Source: Endomicrobiia bacterium
Lineage (GTDB): Bacteria > Elusimicrobiota > Endomicrobiia > DTEH01
Reading direction: 5' to 3'
Assembly (NCBI GenBank): GCA_039630545.1
Contig: JBCNUU010000004.1
Location: forward strand, 32,001-96,000
Length of the DNA: 64,000 bases
The position numbers and the translations under genes are program-made. Numbering within the stretch: position 1 is the first letter of the stretch; every line of letters starts with the position of its first letter. Below are positions 28,464-38,171 of this stretch, piece after piece. The notes under the pieces are model-generated. The model searched no databases and was not told where the DNA came from. It was given only the letters and a program-made list of their open reading frames with translations.

Positions 28464-29705
28464 ATGACAAGAAAAAATGTCTTGTTAATAGGTGCAGGAG
28501 GGGTAGCACATGTAGCTGCACATAAAATTGCCATGAATAATGACATTTTAGGAGATTTATGTATAGCTTCTAGGACACAAAGTAAATGTGATAAAATAAT
28601 TGAAAGTATAAAAAGAAAAGGCAATATAAAAGATTCTTCAAAGAAAATCTACTCTAGACAAATAGATGCTTTAAATGTAAAAGCTTTAATTGAATTAATA
28701 AAAGAAACCAATTCTGAGTTAGTGATTAACTTGGGACAGTCTTATGTAAATATGTCTGTTCTTGAAGCCTGTATAGAAACAGGGGCAGCTTATTTTGATA
28801 CAGCCATTCATGAAGAACCAGATAAAGTCTGTGAAGATCCACCATGGTATGCTAACTATGAGTGGAAAAGAAAAGACCGTTGTGCGCAAAAAGGAATAAC
28901 AGCTATTCTTTCTGTGGGTGCTGATCCTGGAATTGTAAATGCTTATACAGCATATGCCCAAAAACACTATTTTGACGAAATCACAACAGTTGACATCGTC
29001 GATGTAAATGCTGGCAATCACGGTAAATTTTTCGCAACAAATTTTGATCCAGAAATTAACTTTAGAGAATTTGTAAAAGCATGGGTATGGATAGATAAAA
29101 AATGGGTTGCAGAACCCGTCCATACAATTAAAAGAGAATTCGATTTACCAGGTCTTGGAAGGTACACTGTATATCTAAATGGTCATGATGAAATTCATTC
29201 TCTTTCTCAAAATATGGACATAAATACTATAAGGTTCTGGATGTATTTTTCAGATCATTATTTGAACGTATTTAATGTATTAAAAAATATAGGTTTAACA
29301 TCCCATCTTCCAGTAAAAACTCATGATGGAAGAGAAGTAATACCTCTAAGACTTCTCAAAGCTCTTTTCCCAGATCCCGCATCTTTAGCTGGGCCTAACT
29401 ATACAGGTGTGGAATGGATAGGAAATTTTATAATTGGCAAAAAAAACGGAAAAGACAGAGAAATGGTAATTTATTTAATATGTGACCACCAGGAAGTCTG
29501 GAAGGAAGTAGAATCACATGCTATATGTTACACCGCTGGAGTTCCACCTGTAGTAGCTGCAATTTTAGTAGCAAAAGGTATCTGGGATGTCAAAAAGATG
29601 GTAAATGTTGAAGAATTAGATCCTGATCCATTTTTAGAATTACTTTCAAAAAACGGACTAAAAACCCATATAGAAGTAAAAGAATACGAAAGGAAAACAA
29701 TTTAA
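28464..29705 (+). CDS. Carboxy(nor)spermidine dehydrogenase/synthase (saccharopine dehydrogenase family)
   Basis: IGAGGVAHV, DTAIHE, GADPG, FATNFDPEINFRE, YTAGVPP, NVEELDPDPF; AGGAGGT SD precedes ATG 28464; follows nspC. Confidence 0.9.
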   Translation: MTRKNVLLIGAGGVAHVAAHKIAMNNDILGDLCIASRTQSKCDKIIESIKRKGNIKDSSKKIYSRQIDALNVKALIELIKETNSELVINLGQSYVNMSVLEACIETGAAYFDTAIHEEPDKVCEDPPWYANYEWKRKDRCAQKGITAILSVGADPGIVNAYTAYAQKHYFDEITTVDIVDVNAGNHGKFFATNFDPEINFREFVKAWVWIDKKWVAEPVHTIKREFDLPGLGRYTVYLNGHDEIHSLSQNMDINTIRFWMYFSDHYLNVFNVLKNIGLTSHLPVKTHDGREVIPLRLLKALFPDPASLAGPNYTGVEWIGNFIIGKKNGKDREMVIYLICDHQEVWKEVESHAICYTAGVPPVVAAILVAKGIWDVKKMVNVEELDPDPFLELLSKNGLKTHIEVKEYERKTI

Positions 29706-29709
29706 AAAA

Positions 29710-30234
29710 CTAATTAAGTGTTCTTATGTAATTTCTAAGTTTTAGCCTTGCGATTGCTAATTTTATTTTTTGTGATTTATCCTTTAACTTTTTTTTAAGA
29801 ATTGATACTTTTTGACGAAGTAAAGGATGAATTAAATTTTTAGAAATTTCAACTAAAGGGTATAATACAAACTTTCTGTATTGAATTTTTGGATGAGGTA
29901 TAGACAAATTTTTCTTACTAATAATTTTTTTTCCATAAAATAAAATATCAATGTCTATTACTCTTGGTTGATATCTTTTATTATTTGATTTTCTTCCCAT
30001 TCTTTTTTCAATTTCTTTCAATTTTTTTAATAATCCAGTAGGTAATAGATCTGTATTTACTTTTACCACACAGTTATAAAATTCAGGTTGATTAGAATTT
30101 TCTAAAGGAGAAGTAAGATATATAGAAGAAGAATCAATAATTTTACAAAATTTTGACAAATAAAATAAAGCTTTTTTTATATTATTATATTTGTTACCTA
30201 AATTTGTACCAATGGAAAGATAAACTACTACCAT
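29710..30234 (-). CDS. folK: HPPK, 6-hydroxymethyl-7,8-dihydropterin pyrophosphokinase
   Basis: YLSIGTNLG, PRVIDIDIL, IPHP, RKFVLYPL; TAATG overlap with the dapL stop. Confidence 0.93.
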   Translation of the reverse strand: MVVVYLSIGTNLGNKYNNIKKALFYLSKFCKIIDSSSIYLTSPLENSNQPEFYNCVVKVNTDLLPTGLLKKLKEIEKRMGRKSNNKRYQPRVIDIDILFYGKKIISKKNLSIPHPKIQYRKFVLYPLVEISKNLIHPLLRQKVSILKKKLKDKSQKIKLAIARLKLRNYIRTLN

Positions 30235-31418
30235 TAAAGACAATCGCAAGCTTTTTTTATTCTTTCTATAGCTTCTTGAATCCTCTCTTTTGAAACGGTT
30301 AATGCAAATCTAACGTACCCTTCACCACTTTGACCCATACCTATACCTGGAGTAGATACCACACCAACATTTAGAAGTTTGTCAGCAAAAGACATAGAAG
30401 TTTCTCCTTCAGGAACTTTGCACCATATATAAAAAGTAGCTTTGGGCAATTCAACCTCTAAACCAATTTTTCTTAATCCTCCATAAAGCAGATCTCTTCT
30501 TTCTTTGTATATTCTTCTTATATTCTCCACACAATCTTGAGATCCCTCTAATGCAACAACAGCAGCATGTTGTATCGCGTTAAATACTCCAGAATCATAA
30601 TTATCTTTTACTTTTGCTAAACCTGCAATAATATCTTTGTTGCCCACAGCAAAACCCACTCTCCATCCAGTCATATTATAAGTTTTAGAAAGCGAATGAA
30701 ATTCAATTCCTATATCTTTAGCACCTTTCACTGAAAGAAAGCTAATAGGAGGAATTTCGTCAGTTCCCTTATCATCAAAATATATCTCAGAATAGGCACA
30801 GTCATGTGCTACTATAATATTATTCTCTTTTGCAAATTCAACCACTTTTTCAAAAAATTTTTTAGTAGCAACTTGTGTTGTAGGATTATTTGGATAATTA
30901 ATAAACATCAACTTTGTTTTTTTAAGAATTTCCTTTGGTATATCTTCTAAAACAGGCAAAAAACTATTTTCTTTTTTTAAAGACATGTAATAAATCTTAC
31001 CACCAGCTAAAATTACAGATGATTGATAAACCGGATATCCTGGTTCCGGTACTAATACATAGTCATCTTTATCTATAAAAGCCAAAGGAAGATGTGCTAT
31101 ACCTTCCTTTGATCCAATTAAAGAATGAATTTCTGTCTCGTAATCCAATTCAACATCAAACCTTTTTTTGTACCAATTAGCAACTGCTTTACGAAATTTT
31201 TCTAATCCTCTTCCAAAAGGATACTGATGATTTTTAGGATCTTCTACTGCTTTTTTCATTGCTTCAACAATATGATTAGGTGTAGGTATATCTGGATCTC
31301 CCACTCCTAAAGAAATTATATCTACACCTTTTTGTTGTAATTCTTTTTTCTTTCTATCAAGTTCAATAAATAAGTATGGTGGTAGTTTCATTAATTTTTC
31401 ACTATATTTTATTTCCAT
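30234..31418 (-). CDS. dapL: LL-diaminopimelate aminotransferase
   Basis: LPPYLF, LGVGDPD, LIGSKEG, NYPNNPT, EFHSLSKTYNMTGWRVG. Confidence 0.85.
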   Translation of the reverse strand: MEIKYSEKLMKLPPYLFIELDRKKKELQQKGVDIISLGVGDPDIPTPNHIVEAMKKAVEDPKNHQYPFGRGLEKFRKAVANWYKKRFDVELDYETEIHSLIGSKEGIAHLPLAFIDKDDYVLVPEPGYPVYQSSVILAGGKIYYMSLKKENSFLPVLEDIPKEILKKTKLMFINYPNNPTTQVATKKFFEKVVEFAKENNIIVAHDCAYSEIYFDDKGTDEIPPISFLSVKGAKDIGIEFHSLSKTYNMTGWRVGFAVGNKDIIAGLAKVKDNYDSGVFNAIQHAAVVALEGSQDCVENIRRIYKERRDLLYGGLRKIGLEVELPKATFYIWCKVPEGETSMSFADKLLNVGVVSTPGIGMGQSGEGYVRFALTVSKERIQEAIERIKKACDCL

Positions 31419-31429
31419 AGTTTACCCCT

Positions 31430-31897
31430 TCATTTTTTAAAGTTTTTAACCATAATCAGAGCATCTTCTTTATCTGGATAAAAACTTTTTTTTATTTTAA
31501 ACTCATTAAACCCAAACTTTCTATAAAAAGAAACAGCTCTAATATTACTTAATCTAACTTCTAAAATTACTGTCTCTATCCCACTTAAAATTAAATCATC
31601 AAGTAAATATTTTAAAAGTTTACTTCCTACTCCTTTGTTTTGATATTCTTTTTTGACTGAAATATTATAAATATGAGCAAGTCTATCTGACAATCCGCAC
31701 ACTACATAACCTATTACAATATCTTCAAGTCTAGCTACATAAAATCTTCTTATGTTTTTTGAAAGCTGAAAATTAAAATAGATAAAATTTTTATCCCATG
31801 GAAATTTAAAATTTTCTTTTTCTATCAAATAAATCTGATGTAGATCTTTAAGTGTAGCTTCTTCAATAATTAAATTATCTAAAACCAAATCTGTCAT
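31430..31897 (-). CDS. rimI: Ribosomal-protein N-acetyltransferase (GNAT)
   Basis: FPW, HIYNISV, QNKGVG, LEVRLSN..A..FY, EDALIM. Confidence 0.85.
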   Translation of the reverse strand: MTDLVLDNLIIEEATLKDLHQIYLIEKENFKFPWDKNFIYFNFQLSKNIRRFYVARLEDIVIGYVVCGLSDRLAHIYNISVKKEYQNKGVGSKLLKYLLDDLILSGIETVILEVRLSNIRAVSFYRKFGFNEFKIKKSFYPDKEDALIMVKNFKK

Positions 31898-32933
31898 TTT
31901 TAATAAACTCTATAAGCTTCTTTAAAGATAAAACAGAACCAGATACATCAACTTTTTCTTTTAATGCTATATCAGACGCCGGGCCATGTCCAGGGGATAC
32001 TCTTATAAAAGGCAACCCAACAGTGATGTTTGTAATATTATATCCACATAATAATTTTAATGGAACCATTGCCTGATCATGATAATTAGCTACTATTAGG
32101 CATTCTTTGTTATTTTTTGCGTAAATAAAAGCATCTGAAGCCTGAAGTGGTGGATGAATTTTTAAATTTAATTTTTTTTCTAATAATTTTGCAGCTCTAA
32201 ATAAAATTTTTTTTTCTTCAGTTCCAATTTTTCCTTCCTCACCACCATGCGGATTTAAATTACACAAAACAATTTCTTTTATTTTTTTTTGTTCCCACTT
32301 ATTAATAAAATTTACAACATTCTTTACCTGATTTAAAATATAACTTATATTCAACTTTTTAGGGACTTCTTTAAGTGGTATGTGTCTGGTAAGAAGTAAA
32401 ACTCTGTATGGATTTCCATCGTTATCTTCTGCTTCCATCAACATGCTTACATTATCAGGATCAATATTAAATTTGTTAGAAAAATATTCTGTATGTCCAG
32501 TAAAATTTTTATAAAATTTATTTATTTTCTCCTTTGATACAGGCATAGTAAAAACAAAAAAATCAATTTTGTTTCTCAAAAAAAATCTAATTACCTCACA
32601 CATAACCTCTAAACTCAAAAATGAAATTTTACCAACATAATTTTTTATCTTTTGAAGTTTAATCTGGGGAAGAATGTCCATCACTAAACAATGACATTCT
32701 GCTATATTAAACAATTCCATGGATGAAAGTATATCTAGATTTACCTTGAAAGGAAAAAATTTAAATTTATATTTGTAAGACACATATCTTAAATATTCTA
32801 AGCTGCCAACTACCAGCGGGTTAAATTGGTAAGTTAAATAATTATATGAAGAACACAAAAGTTTTAATGTCAGTTCATAACCAACACCATCTACATCTCC
32901 ACAACTTATTATAAGCCATTTTTTGTTTAACAT
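31875..32933 (-). CDS. pdxA: 4-hydroxythreonine-4-phosphate dehydrogenase family protein (divergent)
   Basis: GHTE, HIPL, NPHGGE, YHDQ, GLPFIRVSPGHG; follows a SurA-like gene. Confidence 0.8.
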   Translation of the reverse strand: MLNKKWLIISCGDVDGVGYELTLKLLCSSYNYLTYQFNPLVVGSLEYLRYVSYKYKFKFFPFKVNLDILSSMELFNIAECHCLVMDILPQIKLQKIKNYVGKISFLSLEVMCEVIRFFLRNKIDFFVFTMPVSKEKINKFYKNFTGHTEYFSNKFNIDPDNVSMLMEAEDNDGNPYRVLLLTRHIPLKEVPKKLNISYILNQVKNVVNFINKWEQKKIKEIVLCNLNPHGGEEGKIGTEEKKILFRAAKLLEKKLNLKIHPPLQASDAFIYAKNNKECLIVANYHDQAMVPLKLLCGYNITNITVGLPFIRVSPGHGPASDIALKEKVDVSGSVLSLKKLIEFIKNDRFGFR

Positions 32934-32936
32934 AAC

Positions 32937-33980
32937 TCATTTTATTATCTCTAAATACTGAATTTTTGCTTTGCTTTTAAGCTGTGATACAAACTGTTCA
33001 TAATATCTTTCAGCATTTCTTCTAGCTACATACTGAAGTAAATCATCTTTTATCTGTTCGAAATCGGGTTTCCTTTTAGCTCTATGTTCTATTTTTTTTG
33101 CTATATGATAGCCAAATTTTGTCTCAAATATATCACTCATCTCTCCTTCTTTTAAGGAAAACACTACTTTCTCAAATTCTTCCACAGTATCTCCTCTTGC
33201 TATAAAACCTAAATCACCTCCTTTATCTTTGCTACCAGGATCTTCTGAGTATTTCTGAGCTAAAGTTGCAAAATCTTCCCCTTTTTCTAACTTTGATTTT
33301 ATTTCCTTTATTTTTTTCAAAGCTTCCTCTTTTTTTTCTTTTGAAGCATTTGGATCAACTCTTATAAGAATATGTCTTACTCTTACCTGTTCACTAAAAA
33401 ATCTTTCTACTAGCTGTGCTAGAAGTTTCAGCTCATTTTTTTCTTCTTCAGGAATTTTTATGTCTTTTTTTTCTATTATTTTTATAACTTTATCAAACAC
33501 TTCTTTTGCCTCAGCTTCAGTAGGTTCTTTTAGATTTTTTTTAATTTCTTCATCAAGTAACTTTAAAACCATTATTTGCTCTTCTATTTTTTTTTCAAAC
33601 TCCTTTTGAGTTAAGTTTTCTTTTTTTAACTCTTGTTGGAACATTAAATCAGAAGGAAACCTGGATTTTACAGTTTTTACACCTTCTTCTATTTCCCTTT
33701 TTGTCACCTTTATATTTCTTCTTTTAGCTTCCTGTAGAAGTAATTTATCAGCTATAAGTTGTTCTAAAACCTTTTGTTTCACCTGTTTAATATCCTCTTC
33801 TGAAAGTTCTTTTGTTGAAAGCTGTTTTAGTTGTTCTATCGTAGCATTTAGAAGTTTTTCATATTCAGATTTCATTAAATTTTCATTGTTTACTTTTACT
33901 ATTACTTTATCAACAACAGACGTATTAACAATTGATGTCATTAGACAAAATAGTATAAAGTAATAAAATCTTCTTTTCAT
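32937..33980 (-). CDS. Exported parvulin-type PPIase (SurA/PrsA-like)
   Basis: Signal peptide, SurA-like N-domain, VRHILI, FATLAQKYSEDPGS..GGDLG, FGYHI. Confidence 0.9.
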   Translation of the reverse strand: MKRRFYYFILFCLMTSIVNTSVVDKVIVKVNNENLMKSEYEKLLNATIEQLKQLSTKELSEEDIKQVKQKVLEQLIADKLLLQEAKRRNIKVTKREIEEGVKTVKSRFPSDLMFQQELKKENLTQKEFEKKIEEQIMVLKLLDEEIKKNLKEPTEAEAKEVFDKVIKIIEKKDIKIPEEEKNELKLLAQLVERFFSEQVRVRHILIRVDPNASKEKKEEALKKIKEIKSKLEKGEDFATLAQKYSEDPGSKDKGGDLGFIARGDTVEEFEKVVFSLKEGEMSDIFETKFGYHIAKKIEHRAKRKPDFEQIKDDLLQYVARRNAERYYEQFVSQLKSKAKIQYLEIIK

Positions 33981-34018
33981 TATTCTTTCCCCTTTTTGAA
34001 TAAAAAATTTTCAGTAAG

Positions 34019-34047
34019 AATATACAAAATTATATTGCAATTGTAAA
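34019..34047 (-). promoter_or_regulatory. Predicted promoter of the PPIase-pdxA-rimI-dapL-folK run
   Basis: TTTACA-N17-TATATT. Confidence 0.45.
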
Positions 34048-34068
34048 CAGAAAAGAAAAAATTAAATG

Positions 34069-34797
34069 CTATTCTTTTAAAACTGTTTTAATAAAAATTT
34101 CCTCCAGGGGAGTTTTTTGCCATTCTTTGTTGTGTACTATATGTAAAATTTCTCCTTTATGAATTATAGCAACTCTATCACATACTTTTTCAAGTTCTGA
34201 AATAAGGTGTGAAGAAAAGAAAATTGTTTTTCCTTGGGATTTAAGCTGCAATATGAAATCTCTCATCTCTTTTATACCTAATGGGTCAAGTCCACTTGTA
34301 GGTTCATCAAATATTAAAACTTCTGGATTATGAATTATAGCCTGTGCCAATCCTAACCTTTGAAGCATGCCTTTAGAATATTCTGAAGTTTTTCTTTCAA
34401 TACTATCTGAAAGTTTTACAAAATCAATCACTTCTTTTATTCTATCGTTAGGTATACCACCTACTAAACTGGCGTAGAATTTCAATAACTCCATGCCAGT
34501 AAAATTTTTATTAAAACTTACTAACTCTGGAAGGTATCCGATATGTTTGTTTATCTTCCAATTTGGTATTTTGTTTTTTAAAATATATATTTCTCCATCG
34601 TCGGGGAATAAAAGTCCTAAAATAAGTTTTATTGTTGTAGTTTTGCCTGAACCATTTAAACCTAAAAGTCCAAAAATTTCATTCCTGTAAACATCAAGAT
34701 TAATTTTATTTACTCCTACTATATTTTGAGTTGTTAAAAACTTATATTTTTTGTATACCTTTGTTAAATTTTTTATTTCTATTATTTTATCGTTCAT
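34069..34797 (-). CDS. ABC transporter ATP-binding protein (ABC-2 type)
   Basis: GLNGSGKTT, YSKGMLQR, DEPTSGLDP, SSH. Confidence 0.93.
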   Translation of the reverse strand: MNDKIIEIKNLTKVYKKYKFLTTQNIVGVNKINLDVYRNEIFGLLGLNGSGKTTTIKLILGLLFPDDGEIYILKNKIPNWKINKHIGYLPELVSFNKNFTGMELLKFYASLVGGIPNDRIKEVIDFVKLSDSIERKTSEYSKGMLQRLGLAQAIIHNPEVLIFDEPTSGLDPLGIKEMRDFILQLKSQGKTIFFSSHLISELEKVCDRVAIIHKGEILHIVHNKEWQKTPLEEIFIKTVLKE

Positions 34798-36386
34798 AAA
34801 TTTATAAACTTAACCATTTTTACTCCAGCAACTTCATTCAAAGAAGACAACACTTCCTGTGGTACTTCATCATCTACATTAATAAAAGTTAAAGCATCGC
34901 CTCCTTGAACCTTTCTTGCGACAAACATTTTTGCTATGTTTATATTGTTGTTTCCTAGGATGGTACCTATTTTACCTATTATTCCTGGTTTATCTACATT
35001 AGAGACTATAATTATATTCCCTTGAGGTTCCAAATCGGCATCCATGCCATCAATTTCTACTATCCGACAACTTTTATCTGAAATCAAAGTTCCAGAAATA
35101 TAATGGGAAGATTTAGCAGTAATAACTTTTACAGTAATAATCTCCTTAAATTCTTTTGACTCCTGAGATTTAGACTCTTTTATGGTGATACCTCTTTCTT
35201 TCGCAATAATATGAGAATTTACAAAGTTAAGTTGAATATCCACAAAATTTGATAAAAAACTTTTTACATAAGCAGAAGTCAAAATATATGTATTTATATT
35301 ATTAAAAACTTCACCTGTATATTGAACTTCTATCTGTTTGATAGCTTCTGAAACAAGATGGCTGTGAAGTGCCCCCATCTTTTCTACTAATACAATATAG
35401 GGTTTTAGTTTCTCGTACATCTGAAAATCAACCGAAGGAATGTTTACTGCATTTTTTATAACTCCTTTTGTGAAAAAATCAATTAACATAGAAGAAACTT
35501 CGTGAGCAATTTTAATCTGAGCCTCTTCAGTTGAAGCTCCTAAATGAGGAGTAACAACCACATTATCTAAACTAAACAAAGCTAAAGAACTATCCGGAGG
35601 TTCCTTTTCATAAACATCCAATGCAGCTGAAGATACCTTTCCAGATTTCAAAGCTTCATATAAATCCGATTCATTTATAATTCCTCCACGAGCACAATTT
35701 ACTATTTTAACCCCATCTTTCATTTTCGCAATAGTTTCTTTATTTATTAAATTCTTTGTAGCTTCGGTTTTTGGTACATGTAGACTTATAATATCTGACT
35801 CTTTTAAAAGAGCATCCAATGATTTAAGTTCTACACCAAGCTGCTCTGCATATTCTTCGGAAACATAAGGATCATATGCAATTACCTTCATCTCAAATGC
35901 CTTCATCCTTTTAGCCACTTCTGAACCAATTCTACCTAAACCTATAAGTCCAAGAGTTTTTCCTTGCAGTTCATTACCAATAAACTTTTCTCTTTCCCAT
36001 TTTCCTGTTTTTAAAGAATTATGAGCTTGTGGTATATTTCGCATCATTGCTAAAATAAGACCTATAGTATGTTCACAGGCTGAAATAGTATTTCCTCCAG
36101 GAACATTCATTACAACAATCCCCTTTTTGTTAGCAGCTTGAATATCTACATTATCAACTCCTGTACCTGCTCTACATATAACTTTTAACCTATCTGCTTT
36201 ATCTATTATATCTTTCGTAATTTTTACTTCTGAGCGGATAAGTAGCCCATCATAGTCTTTTATTAAATTTATAAGCTCTTCCTGAGAGGGTTTAGGTTTA
36301 ATATCTAACTGAAAATCTGGATGGTTTACCAAAGACTCTAATCCTTCTAAACTTTTATAAGTCATCAAAATTTTATATTTTTTCAT
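34794..36386 (-). CDS. serA: D-3-phosphoglycerate dehydrogenase, long type with ASB and ACT domains
   Basis: RAGTGVDNVD, GLGRIG, NCARGG, TPHLGASTEEAQ, DKPGIIG..LGNNNINIA. Confidence 0.9.
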   Translation of the reverse strand: MKKYKILMTYKSLEGLESLVNHPDFQLDIKPKPSQEELINLIKDYDGLLIRSEVKITKDIIDKADRLKVICRAGTGVDNVDIQAANKKGIVVMNVPGGNTISACEHTIGLILAMMRNIPQAHNSLKTGKWEREKFIGNELQGKTLGLIGLGRIGSEVAKRMKAFEMKVIAYDPYVSEEYAEQLGVELKSLDALLKESDIISLHVPKTEATKNLINKETIAKMKDGVKIVNCARGGIINESDLYEALKSGKVSSAALDVYEKEPPDSSLALFSLDNVVVTPHLGASTEEAQIKIAHEVSSMLIDFFTKGVIKNAVNIPSVDFQMYEKLKPYIVLVEKMGALHSHLVSEAIKQIEVQYTGEVFNNINTYILTSAYVKSFLSNFVDIQLNFVNSHIIAKERGITIKESKSQESKEFKEIITVKVITAKSSHYISGTLISDKSCRIVEIDGMDADLEPQGNIIIVSNVDKPGIIGKIGTILGNNNINIAKMFVARKVQGGDALTFINVDDEVPQEVLSSLNEVAGVKMVKFINL

Positions 36387-36401
36387 TATTTTATACCTCT
36401 T

Positions 36402-37545
36402 TTATAAACTATTCAGCTTCTCCTGAAATACTTTTACAGCATTACCTAAAGATATTTTAAAACCAAATTTATTCAAAACTACTTCTAAACCTGAAAGAGC
36501 TACAATTAAGTCAAATTTATCAATATAACCCATATGAGCAATACGAACAATTTTACCTTTAAGTCTATCCTGACCACCAGCAATTGAAATACCAAAATCT
36601 TCTCTTAAAACTCTTACTATTTTTTGACCATCAATTCCTTCAGGCATAGAAATAGGTGTCACTATATTACTTATATGAGCTTCATCGCAGAATATCCTAA
36701 GACCCATAGCTTTTATTGCCTCTCTTGTGGCAACGGCTAATTTTTCAGTATCTTGCCAGATCTTTTCTAATGTTTTTTCTTTAATCATTTCTATAGCTTT
36801 ATGAAGTGCTACAACTAAACTTACAGCTGGTGTGAAAGGTGTCTCTTTATTCTCAATTGATTTTCTCATTTTTTTGAAATCTAAATAAAATTTTGGCAAA
36901 TTAGAATTTTCAACTAATTTCCAGGCTTTATTGCTTACTGTAACAAAAGATAATCCTGGTGGACACATCAGTCCTTTTTGCGAACCAGTCACTGCAACAT
37001 CAACACTCCATTCATCATTTAAAAATTTTTGATTTACAAGTCCACTTACAGTATCTACTACTAAAACCGCGTGTGTTTGTCTTACTATTTCTCCTATAGT
37101 CTTAATATCGTTTACTATACCTGTAGATGTTTCCGTATGAGTAGTAAACACAACTTTTATGTTTTTGTTTTGTTTTAAAAATTTATCTATATCTTCAGGA
37201 TCTATAGCTTTTCCCCATTCAACTGAAATTTTATTAACTTTTAAACCATATGCTTGACAAATTTTTTCCCATCTGTCTCCAAAATTTCCACAGGAAGCAA
37301 CCAAAACCTCATCGCCAAAAGATAATAGATTCACAACAGATGCTTCCATAGCAGCTGTTCCAGAACCAGTTACCATTAGAACATCGTTTTTAGTTTGAAA
37401 AACATATTTCATCCCCTCTATTACTTCAACAAAAATTTTACCAAATTCAGAGGTTCTATGATGAAGAATCGGTCTTGCTTCTGCTTGTGCTACTTCAGGA
37501 GGAACTGGTTGTTGGCCCTGGCGTAAGCAAAAAATATTTTTTCAT
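36402..37545 (-). pseudogene. Class V aminotransferase (serine-pyruvate/phosphoserine type) with a 1-nt frameshift near codon 13; may be a sequencing error
   Basis: AAGGAG SD and ATG at 37545 give MKKYFLLTPGPT then TSSS-stop. Removing one base at 37509-37510 gives PVPPEVAQAEARPILHHRTSEF, in frame with ORF 36402..37412 (SGTAAME, HTETSTG, GSQKGLMCPPG). Confidence 0.85.
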
Positions 37546-37563
37546 ATTTTTCTCCTTTCGATA

Positions 37564-37581
37564 TTGTGAAATTTTTCACAA
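37564..37581. promoter_or_regulatory. Perfect Rex-type operator upstream of the aminotransferase-serA operon
   Basis: TTGTGAA-ATTT-TTCACAA; an extended -10 (TGT-TAAAAT, minus strand 37593-37601) lies just upstream. Confidence 0.8.
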
Positions 37582-37620
37582 AAAATACAAAAATTTTAAC
37601 ATAAAAATCAAGAGGTGGAA

Positions 37621-38160
37621 TTATTTTATTTTTATTATTTTTGAAATAACACCAAAAATACCTCCACCTATATGATGAATTGTTTTAGCTTTGTTGGGCT
37701 GAAGATAACTATCATACACACTTTCTTCTACTGCACAATATACGACTTTACCCACAAATAATTTAACTCCATCATATTCTTTTTTATCAAAGAGTTTTGC
37801 TTCTATAAAACCTACACAGTTTTTAAGATGAACCACATCAACTTCAAAACCATCTTCATAAAGTATATTAAACTTCTTAAATTTATCTTCTTTTCTGCCA
37901 GATATTTTACCTGTAAACTTTATCAAATCTAACATTTCAACTGAAGGAATATTTATTACAAATTCTTTATATTTTTCTATCAATTCAGATGTGTAATGAG
38001 CGGAAGCTACACATATTACTACCAACGGTGGTTCATCATTTAAAGGAGTGAGCCAGGCTACAGGAGCTATATTTTTTAGCTGTTTGTTGCCTGAAGTTAT
38101 CAAACAACATGGTCCATGGTTGATTAAATGATAAAATTCATAAAGTTTTATTTTTTTCAT
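37621..38160 (-). CDS. Flavin reductase-like (flavoredoxin) protein
   Basis: GPCCLITS, NIAPVAW, EFVINIP, SGRKEDKF, HHIGG. Confidence 0.85.
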   Translation of the reverse strand: MKKIKLYEFYHLINHGPCCLITSGNKQLKNIAPVAWLTPLNDEPPLVVICVASAHYTSELIEKYKEFVINIPSVEMLDLIKFTGKISGRKEDKFKKFNILYEDGFEVDVVHLKNCVGFIEAKLFDKKEYDGVKLFVGKVVYCAVEESVYDSYLQPNKAKTIHHIGGGIFGVISKIIKIK

Positions 38161-38171
38161 GAAAATCTCCT

